From an uncultured Gemmatimonadales bacterium (GTDB taxonomy: Bacteria; Gemmatimonadota; Gemmatimonadetes; Gemmatimonadales; GWC2-71-9), in assembly GCA_963842945.1 (NCBI GenBank), contig CAWJIM010000019.1:32001-96000 (forward strand): a stretch of DNA of 64,000 nucleotides. Direction: 5' to 3'. The translations under genes were made by a program, and so were the position numbers. How positions within the stretch are numbered: the stretch's first letter is position 1; each line of letters starts with the position of its first letter. The notes beneath the pieces were generated by a model that searched no databases, was not told where the DNA came from, and saw only the letters and a program-made list of their open reading frames with translations. Positions 1 to 9,088 of the stretch are shown here, piece by piece.

Positions 1-825
1 GCGAGCGTCCACCAGCACATCGTTGGTCCACAGGGTGAGCGTCCGGTAGCCAGCCTTGCGCGCGGCGTCGATGCAGGCCTGGACCAGCCTGGTGCCGAGG
101 CCGTGGCCTCGAGCCCAGGGCTCGACCAGCAACAGCCGGAGCCGCGCGACCTTCTTCGACGCAGGCACCAGAAACACGCAGCCGGCCCGCACGCCGTCGA
201 TGGTGGCGATCCAGCAGCGTTGCGCCGGATCGTGCGCCGCAGCGAATTCTCCCACGATCCGGGCCACCAGGTGCTCGAATTCGGCGTTCCAACCGTACTC
301 CTCGGCGTAGAGCTCACCGTGCCGCTGGATCACCCAGCCCAGATCCCCCGGCTCGGGTGCCCGCAAGCTCATGACCGGGGTCCTTGCTGCGTCTTTCTCG
401 TCATCGAGCAGGGTTTCGATCATGCCGAGAGATTGGAGGAGGTGCTTCTGGTCCCTCGCCGAGAGGTCCTGCAGCATGCCGGCAATCTCCTGGGTGGCCC
501 GGGCGTTTAGCACTCCGAACGCCTTCCGGCCCCGGGCGGTGAGCGCAAGCCGGCGCTCCCGCCGGTCGTGAGGCTCGGCGCGAGCGGAGACCAGCCCCCG
601 CTGCCGCAGACCGCGGAGCAGCCGGCTCAGGTACCCGGGATCGAGCTGGAGGGTTTGACCGACGGTCTTGGCCGTGGGCCGTAGCTGGTGCGCGATCTCG
701 TAGAGAACACGAACCTCGGCCAGAGAAAAGTGAGTCTGGAGGAGGCCCGGCTTCAGCAGACCCATCCTCCGAGTATAGAAACGATTGAAGCGCCGGATCC
801 GGGTGGCGGTGCTGATGCGAGACAT
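1..825 (-). CDS. Bifunctional MarR-family HTH regulator / GNAT N-acetyltransferase (3' end runs off the window)
   Basis: Manual translation from ATG at 825: MSRISTATRIRRFNRFYTRRMGLL...SLAEVRVLYEIAH...LDPGYLSRLL...DRRERRLALTARG (MarR wHTH), then PGDLGWVIQRHGELYAEEYGW...RLRLLLVEPWARGHGLG...LTLWTNDVL (GNAT). GGAGA RBS upstream. Absent from the ORF track because there is no stop in the window. Confidence 0.9.
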   Translation of the reverse strand, partial: MSRISTATRIRRFNRFYTRRMGLLKPGLLQTHFSLAEVRVLYEIAHQLRPTAKTVGQTLQLDPGYLSRLLRGLRQRGLVSARAEPHDRRERRLALTARGRKAFGVLNARATQEIAGMLQDLSARDQKHLLQSLGMIETLLDDEKDAARTPVMSLRAPEPGDLGWVIQRHGELYAEEYGWNAEFEHLVARIVGEFAAAHDPAQRCWIATIDGVRAGCVFLVPASKKVARLRLLLVEPWARGHGLGTRLVQACIDAARKAGYRTLTLWTNDVLVDAR

Positions 826-861
826 GGCTATCTCCTGGCAGGCTGCTCCAAGTTTCGGGAG

Positions 862-882
862 ATAGTTGCTTTTGTCAACTAT
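862..882. promoter_or_regulatory. Inverted repeat ATAGTTG-N7-CAACTAT overlapping a minus-strand TTGACA -35 box; probable MarR autoregulatory operator
   Basis: Perfect 7-bp dyad ~37 bp upstream of the MarR-GNAT start; minus strand reads ATAGTTGACAAAAGCAACTAT. Confidence 0.65.
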
Positions 883-994
883 TGCGGCGGTTCCAGGCGC
901 CCTCTTCCTACTGTTGTTTTCTTGTTTATCTCCCGGCATCTCGATCTCGGATTTAGTTCCGACTTTTGCGGCGGGAGCAGAAAGGTAGGTCGCC

Positions 995-1150
995 GGCCTA
1001 TTCGTCACTGGTGGGCTGGGCCTGGGGTTCTTCAGAATGGATGACAGCGGATCGGGCCCCCGACGTGGGAGCAGGAGTGGAGATCGGGATGGGCTATGAC
1101 ATCGGCCTGGTCCGGAATTTCAGCGTCACACCGTAGATCAACTGGTTTCA
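995..1150 (+). pseudogene. Remnant of an outer-membrane beta-barrel protein gene
   Basis: Translates as GLFVTGGLGLGFFRMDD...(frameshift)...VGAGVEIGMGYDIGLVRNFSVTP*INWFH. Alternating beta-strand pattern and GYD..RNFS.TP motif resemble OmpA-like barrels; no start codon, internal stop. Confidence 0.45.
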
Positions 1151-1225
1151 CTTTCACACTTCGGATTCGCGCGGATCCGCTCTGGGAATCGGACTCGCCC
1201 TCTCAGTGCACTAGCCGGATCAGGC

Positions 1226-1265
1226 TCACTTGGCTTTCCTGGCGCTCCTTCTTCCACAGGCCGCT
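1226..1265 (-). repeat. Degenerate third copy of the gcvT 3' end
   Basis: Minus strand TGG AAG AAG G-- AGC GCC AGG AAA GCC AAG TGA = WKK(G)SARKAK* after restoring 2 nt; compare gcv[12 protein letters not shown] and the 2619 copy WKKGSAKKGL*. Confidence 0.55.
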
Positions 1266-1357
1266 CGCGTCCGACAACAAGTCTTTGGTCGCCGCTTGAC
1301 CCTGGCTTGACCGGCGGAGGATAGAGTGGCGTCGAACCCCTGAACGAGGAGACTCGG

Positions 1358-2608
1358 ATGTTCCAGCCGTCGCGCGTTCTCACCTCAATCCTCTTGGCCG
1401 GCACTGAGATAGCTGTGGGCGGGTGCGGAGACAATACGGCCTCGCCCACATCCCCGGAGGCCGCCGGCCCAGCAGCGGCCGCGGCGGCCGCGGCCGCGCT
1501 CTCCTTTACCCGGGTAAGCGTTGGCGGCTATCACACTTGCGGCCTCGCCTCCGGCGGGGGGATCTATTGCTGGGGTAGTAACGAGTACGGTCAGCTCGGC
1601 GACGGGACTCATAGCCGCCGCACGGTTCCAACGCCGGTCTCGGGCGGGCTGGTCTTTGTCCAGGTGAGCGCAGGCACCAACCATACCTGCGGAGTAACGG
1701 CCCAGAACCGCGTCTACTGCTGGGGGAACAATGAAGGCGGGAGGCTGGGCGATGGGACCGCTCTGGAACGCAGTGTGCCCACGGCAGTCGGCGGTGGACG
1801 CCCCTTCGTGGAGGTACGCGCCGGAACCCTTCACACCTGCGCCGTCAACCAGTTCAACGTAGGCTTTTGCTGGGGCAGTTCGCGCTTCGGTGAGCTCGGC
1901 ACCGATCCAACCACTCAGCAGCCCCTGCCGGCTCGGGTTGTGGGGGGCCACGCTTTTCGGCGTGTAGTCGCCGGAGGGGGCTTCACCTGCGGGGTGACCA
2001 CGGCGGACAAAGCGTACTGCTGGGGCTACAACCTCGACGCGGAGCTAGGTGACGGTACCTACACAAACCGGTCGAAGCCGGTGCCGGTCTCGGGAGGGCT
2101 CAGCTTCAGGCAGGTTGTCGCCGGGGGGGGCGACATCTCGGACGCGCAGGGAGACGAGGTGGATCCGGGCCATGCCTGCGGAGTGACCACGGATCGCCGG
2201 GCCTATTGCTGGGGCTACAGCAGCTCCGGCCAGCTCGGCAATGGGGTCAGAGACGGCGGCGTGCGGAGCCCGGTAGCGGTCGGGGGCGGGCTGCGATGGA
2301 ACCAGGTGATCGCCGGCCTCAATCACACCTGCGGCGTCACCACGACCAACCTTGCTTACTGCTGGGGGCTGAACGGCTCTGGCGAGCTCGGAATCTCGGG
2401 TGGCCCGGGCCCCGGCGTCGCATCGCCGACCAGAGTGGCCGGCGGCCTCCTATTCAGCGGCGTGACCACCGGCCCCGGGGGAGCGCATACCTGCGGAATC
2501 ACTACCGGGAACCGGATCTACTGCTGGGGCTACAACGCCTTCGGCCAGCTGGGCGACGGGACCCTCACGAATCGCTCAACCCCGGTCAAGGTGGTGGGAC
2601 AGTCGTGA
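1358..2608 (+). CDS. RCC1/BLIP-II-like beta-propeller repeat lipoprotein
   Basis: About 7 repeats of HTCGVT...YCWG.N..GQLGDG; lipobox-like AVGGC followed by an Ala-rich linker; GGAG RBS. Confidence 0.9.
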   Translation: MFQPSRVLTSILLAGTEIAVGGCGDNTASPTSPEAAGPAAAAAAAAALSFTRVSVGGYHTCGLASGGGIYCWGSNEYGQLGDGTHSRRTVPTPVSGGLVFVQVSAGTNHTCGVTAQNRVYCWGNNEGGRLGDGTALERSVPTAVGGGRPFVEVRAGTLHTCAVNQFNVGFCWGSSRFGELGTDPTTQQPLPARVVGGHAFRRVVAGGGFTCGVTTADKAYCWGYNLDAELGDGTYTNRSKPVPVSGGLSFRQVVAGGGDISDAQGDEVDPGHACGVTTDRRAYCWGYSSSGQLGNGVRDGGVRSPVAVGGGLRWNQVIAGLNHTCGVTTTNLAYCWGLNGSGELGISGGPGPGVASPTRVAGGLLFSGVTTGPGGAHTCGITTGNRIYCWGYNAFGQLGDGTLTNRSTPVKVVGQS

Positions 2609-2618
2609 GAGCTTGAGT

Positions 2619-2680
2619 TCATAATCCTTTCTTCGCGCTTCCTTTCTTCCAGAATGGCCGGCTGACGACCTCAGCCGGCA
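2619..2680 (-). repeat. Displaced copy of the gcvT 3' end ([19 protein letters not shown])
   Basis: 2644-2680 matches 3971-4007 at 35/37 nt. Over the 14 codons [14 protein letters not shown] the four differences are all synonymous third-position changes. Has its own stop codon. Confidence 0.9.
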
Positions 2681-2761
2681 CCCTAGCTTGACTCCTGCTT
2701 GACCCAACGCGGCAATCGTCCGTACCACTGAAACAGACCGGTTTCTTCATCTGGAGTTCCC

Positions 2762-3919
2762 ATGCGAAGCTTCTGCACCAGGTCTTTAATCCTCTTGGCC
2801 GCCATGGCGGCCATCTCAGGATGCCAGCAGGACCCGATGTCCCCCTCAGACCTGGAAGCACCGGCGCTTGCCGCCAGCGCAACGCAGGCGACGTCGTTCC
2901 TGAACGTAAGCTCCAATTCATTCCGGAGTTGCGGGGTAACCCAGGACAACCGGATCTACTGCTGGGGTACGACCAGCGGGTTCGTTCCGGGCTCGCTTCG
3001 CTTCCAGCTGGTCAGCGTCGGCGGCGATCATACCTGCGGCGTCACCACCGACAAGGTGGCCTACTGCTGGGGCGCCAACTTTTTCGGCGAGCTGGGTGAC
3101 GGAACCTTGACCTCACGCTCGGCACCCACCCCGGTTTTGGGCGGCCGCAGATGGAATCTGGTGCGCGCCGGCGGTTACCACACCTGCGGGGTGACCACGG
3201 ACAACCGGGCGTTCTGCTGGGGGCGTGACAGCGAAGGGCAGGTCGGGGATGGCACCCCCGACAATTCCTGGCGGCTGCGTCCGGTACTGGTCGCCGGCGG
3301 GCTAAGCTGGCGTCAGGTCATTCCCGGGCACTTCCACACCTGCGGTGTGACCACGGGCAATAAGGGATACTGCTGGGGGGCCGGTGATGGCGGCCGGATC
3401 GGCGACGGCAAGACCGTCGAGCGACACGCGCCGGTGGCTGTCGCTGGGGGGCGGAGCTATCGCCAGGTTGCCGCCGGTGACATGCACAGCTGCGGTGTCA
3501 CCACGGACAATCGGGCCTTCTGCTGGGGATATAATGCTGAGGGGCGCCTGGGCGACGGAACCACCACCGACCGCCTGAAGCCGGTGGCGGTGGCCGGCGG
3601 ACTCCAGTTTAACCGCGTGGGCATCAACCGTGTGACCTGCGGCGTGACGACCAGCGGCAAAGGCTACTGCTGGGGCTTGAATGCCACGGGACAGTTGGGC
3701 GATGGCACCACGACGAACCGCTCCCGGCCGGCAGCGGTCTCCGGTGGGCTTCAGTTCAGAGAGATAAGCCCGGGAAACGGCGCCGACACCGCCGATCACA
3801 CCTGCGGTCTCACCACCGGCGGTAAGGTCTACTGCTGGGGCGAGAACGGTTTCGGCCAATTGGGTGACGGAACGACCGACAACAGCTCCAGACCCGTGCC
3901 GATAGACGATCCGGCGTAA
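2762..3919 (+). CDS. RCC1/BLIP-II-like beta-propeller repeat lipoprotein
   Basis: Lipobox AISGC; repeats [13 protein letters not shown]...GQLGDGT; first repeat shortened; GGAG RBS. Confidence 0.9.
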   Translation: MRSFCTRSLILLAAMAAISGCQQDPMSPSDLEAPALAASATQATSFLNVSSNSFRSCGVTQDNRIYCWGTTSGFVPGSLRFQLVSVGGDHTCGVTTDKVAYCWGANFFGELGDGTLTSRSAPTPVLGGRRWNLVRAGGYHTCGVTTDNRAFCWGRDSEGQVGDGTPDNSWRLRPVLVAGGLSWRQVIPGHFHTCGVTTGNKGYCWGAGDGGRIGDGKTVERHAPVAVAGGRSYRQVAAGDMHSCGVTTDNRAFCWGYNAEGRLGDGTTTDRLKPVAVAGGLQFNRVGINRVTCGVTTSGKGYCWGLNATGQLGDGTTTNRSRPAAVSGGLQFREISPGNGADTADHTCGLTTGGKVYCWGENGFGQLGDGTTDNSSRPVPIDDPA

Positions 3920-3942
3920 CCGACTGCGGGGGGCGGGGAGGG

Positions 3943-5059
3943 CTACTGCCCCGCCTTGCGAACGCTACCCTTCTTCCAGAACGGCCGGCTGACCACCTCA
4001 GCCGGCATTCTCTCGCCCCGCATCTCGACCTCGAATTTGGTGCCGACCTTGGCGGCCGCCGCGGGCAGATAGGTGGTGCCGATGGGCACCCCGAGCGAGG
4101 GACTCATTGTGCCACTCCGCACGATGTCCACTTCCCGGTCGGAGGAGTAGACCGAGTATCCGTGCCGGGGAAAGCCTCGCCCCTGGAGCTGAAAGCCGAC
4201 CAGCTTCCGGGTGACGCCTCTACGCTTCTGGGCGTTGAGCGCAGAGTCGCCGGTGAAGGGACAACCCTTGTCCAGCTTCACGATCCAGCCGAGTCCCGCC
4301 TCCAGCGGGGTGGTGGTATCGTCGATCTCATTTCCGTAGAGGGCATAGCCCATCTCCAGCCGCAATGAGTCCCGCGCTCCCAACCCGATCGGCTTGGCGC
4401 CGGCCCGAATCACAGCCTCCCAGATCTCGGGAGTCTCCCGCTCTCGGCAATACAGCTCGAAGCCGTCCTCGCCGGTGTAGCCGGTGCGGGAGATGAAACA
4501 TTCGGCGTTGGCCACCCGGCCGGAGGCGAAATGGTAGTAGCCGATGTCGCTCAATATCGTTCCGGTGAGCGGCTGCAGCAGCGACTCGGCCTGCGGGCCC
4601 TGTACCGCGAGGAGGCCGACCTCGCTGGAGATATCCTTCAGCCGCACGTTGGCGCCGCCCTTCAGGGCCACCATGTGCTCCCAGGCCCTGGCCGTGTTCG
4701 AGGCGTTCACCACGATCATCAGCTTGTCCTCGAACCGATACACCGTGCAGTCGTCCACGAAGGTGCCTTGGGGCGTGAGTATGCCCGAGTACTGAACCGC
4801 GCCCGGCTTGAGCGCGCCTACGTCATTGCAAGTGATCCGATTGACGAAGGCATTCCGGTCCGGACCGGTGATCTCGAACTCGCCCATGTGCGACACATCG
4901 AAGATGCCGGCGGTCGTGCGGACGGCGTGATGCTCGGCCAGGATTCCGCTGGGGTACTGCACCGGCATCTCCCAGCCCGCAAACGGGACGATTTTGGCGC
5001 CCAATACTTCGATGCGCCTCGAACAAAGCGGTACGTCGGAGTGTCTGGGTAGTTGTCAT
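3943..5059 (-). CDS. gcvT: Glycine cleavage system aminomethyltransferase T (one frameshift near 5005)
   Basis: [16 protein letters not shown] | [49 protein letters not shown] motifs. Confidence 0.95.
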
Positions 5060-5072
5060 GTCTTCACCAAAA

Positions 5073-5193
5073 AGCGTGAGCGGGGAGAAAACAACGTGAG
5101 CGGTGCAGCGGGACATCATGACCTGCGAGCTTTCCTGCTTGCGCTCCCCGCTTTCCCGCTTACGCTTTTCTTTTCCCGCTCACCGCTTACGCT
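5073..5193. repeat. REP/MITE-like palindromic element built from GTGAGCG / CGCTTAC units
   Basis: Begins AGCGTGAGCGG and ends CCGCTTACGCT with internal inverted copies; same termini as 34307-34418; overlaps the argF 3' end. Confidence 0.7.
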
Positions 5194-6144
5194 GTCTCCC
5201 ATCAGCATCGCCATAATCGCTTTCTGAACATGGAGCCGGTTCTCCGCCTCTTCCCACACCCGGGATTGCGGCCCCTCGATCACGTCTTCCGACACTTCCT
5301 CGCCTCGATGAGCCGGGAGGCAGTGGAGGAAGATGGCCCCTCGATCCGCCAGCTTCATCAGATCGCCATTCACTATGTATCCCTGGAATGCCCGGGCCCG
5401 CTGCTCCTGCTCTTCTTCCTGTCCCATGGAGGCCCAGACATCGGTGTTGATCACATGCGCTCCGTGGACCGCCTCTTCCGGTTCGGTTGTGAGGGTGATC
5501 CGCGCCTTGCTCCGGTTGCGCTCCAGGATCTCGGCATTCGGCCCGTAGCCCTTGGGGCAGGCCAGGCGGAGCTCGAAGCCGAGGCTCCCCGCCGCGTTGA
5601 TCCAGCTGTTGGCCATGTTGTTGCCGTCGCCCACCCAGGCGACCACTTTGCCCTCCCAGCCTCCCAGAGCCTCCCGGACGGTGAGCAGGTCGGCCATCAC
5701 CTGGCAGGGATGCAGCAGGTCGGTAAGGCCGTTGATGACCGGAATGCTGCCGAAGCGGGCGAGCTCCTCCACATCGCCATGATCGAAGGTGCGGATCATG
5801 ATCCCGTCGAGGTACCGGGAGAGGACCCGCGCAGTGTCCCGGATCGGCTCGCCCCGGCCCAGCTGAATGTCGCGGGATGAGAGGAAGAGCGCGTGCCCGC
5901 CGAGCTGAAACGCGCCGACCTCGAAGGACACCCGAGTTCGGGTGGAGCTCTTGGCGAAGATCATCCCCAGCGTCTTCCCGGCGAGCGGCTTCTCCTTGTA
6001 GTCGCCTCGCTTCATTCGCTCAGCGAGAGCGAAGACGGCGAGGAGCTCTGGTTGGGAGAAGTCGGGGATGGAGAGGAAGTGGCGCGACAAGGTATCCGGG
6101 AGTCTGAGGTCTGGCGTCTGGCGTCTGGCAACTGACGCAGCCAA
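5116..6144 (-). CDS. argF: Ornithine carbamoyltransferase (start uncertain, may be TTG at 6090)
   Basis: STRTR carbamoyl-phosphate motif, HPCQ, TDVWASMG, FLHCLP, EAENRLH. Confidence 0.95.
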   Translation of the reverse strand: MAASVARRQTPDLRLPDTLSRHFLSIPDFSQPELLAVFALAERMKRGDYKEKPLAGKTLGMIFAKSSTRTRVSFEVGAFQLGGHALFLSSRDIQLGRGEPIRDTARVLSRYLDGIMIRTFDHGDVEELARFGSIPVINGLTDLLHPCQVMADLLTVREALGGWEGKVVAWVGDGNNMANSWINAAGSLGFELRLACPKGYGPNAEILERNRSKARITLTTEPEEAVHGAHVINTDVWASMGQEEEQEQRARAFQGYIVNGDLMKLADRGAIFLHCLPAHRGEEVSEDVIEGPQSRVWEEAENRLHVQKAIMAMLMGDSVSGEREKKSVSGKAGSASRKARRS

Positions 6145-6163
6145 TGGTACCCACCACCTGCTG

Positions 6164-7695
6164 CTATGGCAATCGGAGCCGTTTCACCAGGCGGGCGTAG
6201 CGGGGATCGGCGCGAAGTTGATCCAGCCGGGGGTCGATCCGAAGGTACGGCAGCAGCTCGGACCGCTCCTCCATCGCCTGTTCCAGTGAGGCAAACGCTT
6301 TGCTGCGCTGTCCCAGCGCCGCCTGCATCGCGGCCTCGCAGATAGGGTGGCACCGCGGTTGGCCAGAATGGAGACCGCAAACCTTGCATCATGACCCGAG
6401 CCGAATCGGACTGGCCGGCCAGAGCCAGAACTGAGCCGCAGCAACTCGGTGCCAGCCGAAGCGGCGCGCGGCGCGCGGCATTCTCAGAGTGGGTCCTCGC
6501 CCGGCCGTAGTTGGCGGCAGCACAACTCCAGCAAACCGAGATCGAAGTGGGGCCGCCAGGCTGATCGAGTCCAGCTGAATTGCCCGGGCAAGTACCTCGC
6601 GCGCCCGGTCGAAGTCGCGGGTATGCAGGTACAGCCAGCCCAGCTGCTCCTGCGCGCCAGGTGAAAGCGGACTCAGCTCGACCGCCCGCCGGCTCATGGC
6701 GAGCGACCATCAGCCCGGCCCATCGCCAGCAGGAACCTGGCGTATGCCGCGTAGCCATCAGGCGATTTCGGGGCCAGCTCGATCGCGCGTTGGAACTCTG
6801 TGTCGGCGCCGGGCCAGTCGCGATAATAGCCCATTCGGATCTCGCCCAGAACGCGATGCGGTAGCGCCAGCGTGCTGTCGAGCTGCAGGGCCCGGCGGGC
6901 GGCGGTTTCGGCGGTGAGCAGGGTGAGGCGAGGCGGGAGCTCCTGCTGAACCCCGGGCATCTGAGCCTCCGCCAGTGCCGCATGGGCCAGGGCAAAGCCC
7001 GAGTCGAGCTGGATTGCCTGACTGAAATAAGCCGGTCACCGTCTGTGCGGCGTCCCGGCTGTCGCCCGGGCCAGGAGATATTTCCCGGCGATGTAGGCGT
7101 CATATGCCTCTGTGCTCGACGTGGGACCACGCCGGGCTCCGAGAACGGAATCGGCACCGGGAACTCGCAGGGTCAGCGCGATGCGCCCGGGTGATCTCGT
7201 TCTGGACTTGCAGCAGATCGGAGGCGGCTGACTCGTAGGTCTCCGACCAGAGATCGAAGCCTTCGCCCACATCCACCAGCTGAGCCGTCACCCGAATGCG
7301 CCCGCCGGCTCGGCGGATGTGCCCTGGAGAACGGTCCCAACGCCCAACGCCTTTCCCACCTCGACCGGGTTGGCCTGACTGCCGTTGTCGCGTGGCCACG
7401 GCGGCTCCGCCACGCTGAGATGGCGCATGCTGGCTCAGCAGCCCGGGTCAGCTCGGTGCCCATCCCGTAGCCGAGGTAGTTGTCGGAGGAGTCGGGGTTG
7501 GTATTGAGGAACGGAAGAACGGCGATCGAGCTGGGCCGGGCCTTGACGATCACCGGGCTGCGGAACCGGTGGAGCGTTGAACCGGAGCCAAAGACTCACC
7601 AGCAGGAGTCCGGACACGGCGACGCCGAACAGCCGCCAGTGGGGCGGAATCCGGCTGAAACCCTCGCCGGGTCGTGCTAACGAGCTCTCGGCCAT
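6164..7695 (-). CDS. Membrane-anchored TolB-N-like/TPR protein without a kinase domain (multiple frameshifts)
   Basis: Pieces across frames: TM (LFGVAVSGLLLVSLWL), SIAVLPFLNT...DNYLGYGM, RIRVTAQLVDVGEGFDLWSETY, STEAYDAY..GKY, ARRALQLDSTLA, DWPGADTEFQRAIELAP, ending LPYLRIDPRLDQLRADPRYARLVKRLRLP*. Confidence 0.75.
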
Positions 7696-7775
7696 GTTCG
7701 AGTATAGACCGGCACGCGTATGTGAGCCACGAGACGTCATGATTGACGGTCCCTGCGTCGGAGGTACCTTAGCGC

Positions 7776-9038
7776 ATGCCTTTCCTAAAACTGCTGGCTT
7801 CATTCTCGCTGCTGCTGGCGGGTTCTCTCGCCGCGCAACAACAGCCCATAGTGGTTCGCGCCGCGCGAATGGTGGACGTGAGCCGGGGTCAACTGGTCGC
7901 GCCGGCCGTTGTCGTTGTATCCGGAGGCAAGATCCGAAGCATCGGTGCTTCCGACGTTCCTGCCGGGGCCCGCACCATCGACCTGGGTGATCTCACCCTG
8001 CTGCCGGGCCTGATCGATGCGCACACCCATCTGACCATGGACATCTCGGGCGACTGGGTGACCCGGTCCGTCCGGGAGCTCCCGGCCGACGCTGCGTTGC
8101 GCGGGGCCCATAACGCGCGGCTCACTCTGCTCGCCGGATTCACCACGGTACGAGACGTGGGCGCGGGAGGCTTCGCCGACATCTCGCTGATGAACGCGAT
8201 CGATGCCGGCATGGTGATCGGCCCCCGGATGATCCCTTCCGCCCACGCGATCGGCATCACCGGCGGTCACTGCGACGAAACCGGGTGGGCGCCGGGGGTA
8301 AACGAGCTGAGCTGGAAAGAAGGCGTCGCCGACGGGGTGGACGAGGTGGTGAAGGCGGTCCGATACCAGATCAAGCACGGCGCCAAGGTGATCAAGGTGT
8401 GCGCGACGGCCGGGGTGTTGTCATTCGACGCCACCCTCGGCGCCCAGCAGCTGAGCGACGAGGAGCTGCGTGCCATCGTGCAGGAGGCAAACCGCCACGG
8501 GTTGAAGGTCGCGGCTCACGCCCACGGGACCGAAGGCATCAAGGCGGCAGTGCGAGCGGGGGTCGCTTCGATCGAGCACGGCTCCATGCTCGACGACCAG
8601 GCAATCGAGCTCATGAAGCGAAGCGGAACCTACCTGGTTCCTACCGCCTACTTGTTCAGCACCTTCCACTTCGACAGCATGCCGCCCGCCATAGCCGCCA
8701 AGGCTCGGCAGGCCATACCGCTGGCCCAGGAGAGCCATCGGCGAGCGATTCGTGCCGGGGTCAAGATCGCGCTGGGTACCGATGCGGCAGTCTATCCGCA
8801 TGGCGACAATGCCCGCGAGCTGGCCACCTATGTGGACTACGGAATGCGGCCTGCCGATGCACTCCGCGCCGCCACGGTGAACGCGGCCGATCTGCTGGGA
8901 GTCACCGACCGGGCCGTCATCGCCGCGGGGAAGCTGGCCGATCTGATTGCGGTGCGGGGGAACCCGCTGGAGGACGTGCGAGTGCTGGAGCAGGTGCGGT
9001 GGGTAATGAAAGCCGGCGAGGTGGTGAAAGGGCCATGA
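7776..9038 (+). CDS. Secreted metal-dependent amidohydrolase (Xaa-Pro dipeptidase-like)
   Basis: Signal peptide; LPGLIDAHTH, GFTTVRDVG, IKVCATAGV, VAAHAHG, SIEHG, IALGTDA, GKLADLIAV motifs. Confidence 0.9.
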   Translation: MPFLKLLASFSLLLAGSLAAQQQPIVVRAARMVDVSRGQLVAPAVVVVSGGKIRSIGASDVPAGARTIDLGDLTLLPGLIDAHTHLTMDISGDWVTRSVRELPADAALRGAHNARLTLLAGFTTVRDVGAGGFADISLMNAIDAGMVIGPRMIPSAHAIGITGGHCDETGWAPGVNELSWKEGVADGVDEVVKAVRYQIKHGAKVIKVCATAGVLSFDATLGAQQLSDEELRAIVQEANRHGLKVAAHAHGTEGIKAAVRAGVASIEHGSMLDDQAIELMKRSGTYLVPTAYLFSTFHFDSMPPAIAAKARQAIPLAQESHRRAIRAGVKIALGTDAAVYPHGDNARELATYVDYGMRPADALRAATVNAADLLGVTDRAVIAAGKLADLIAVRGNPLEDVRVLEQVRWVMKAGEVVKGP

Positions 9039-9088
9039 GAGGTCGCTGGCACGACATGACTCTCTGTCAGCAAGCCATCACGTTGCGG

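Noticed and set aside
1358..3919. RCC1 nucleotide repeats as a CRISPR array or DGR template/variable repeats
   Set aside because: The repeats are in-frame protein repeats varying at all bases, not adenine-specific; no cas gene or reverse transcriptase is in the window.
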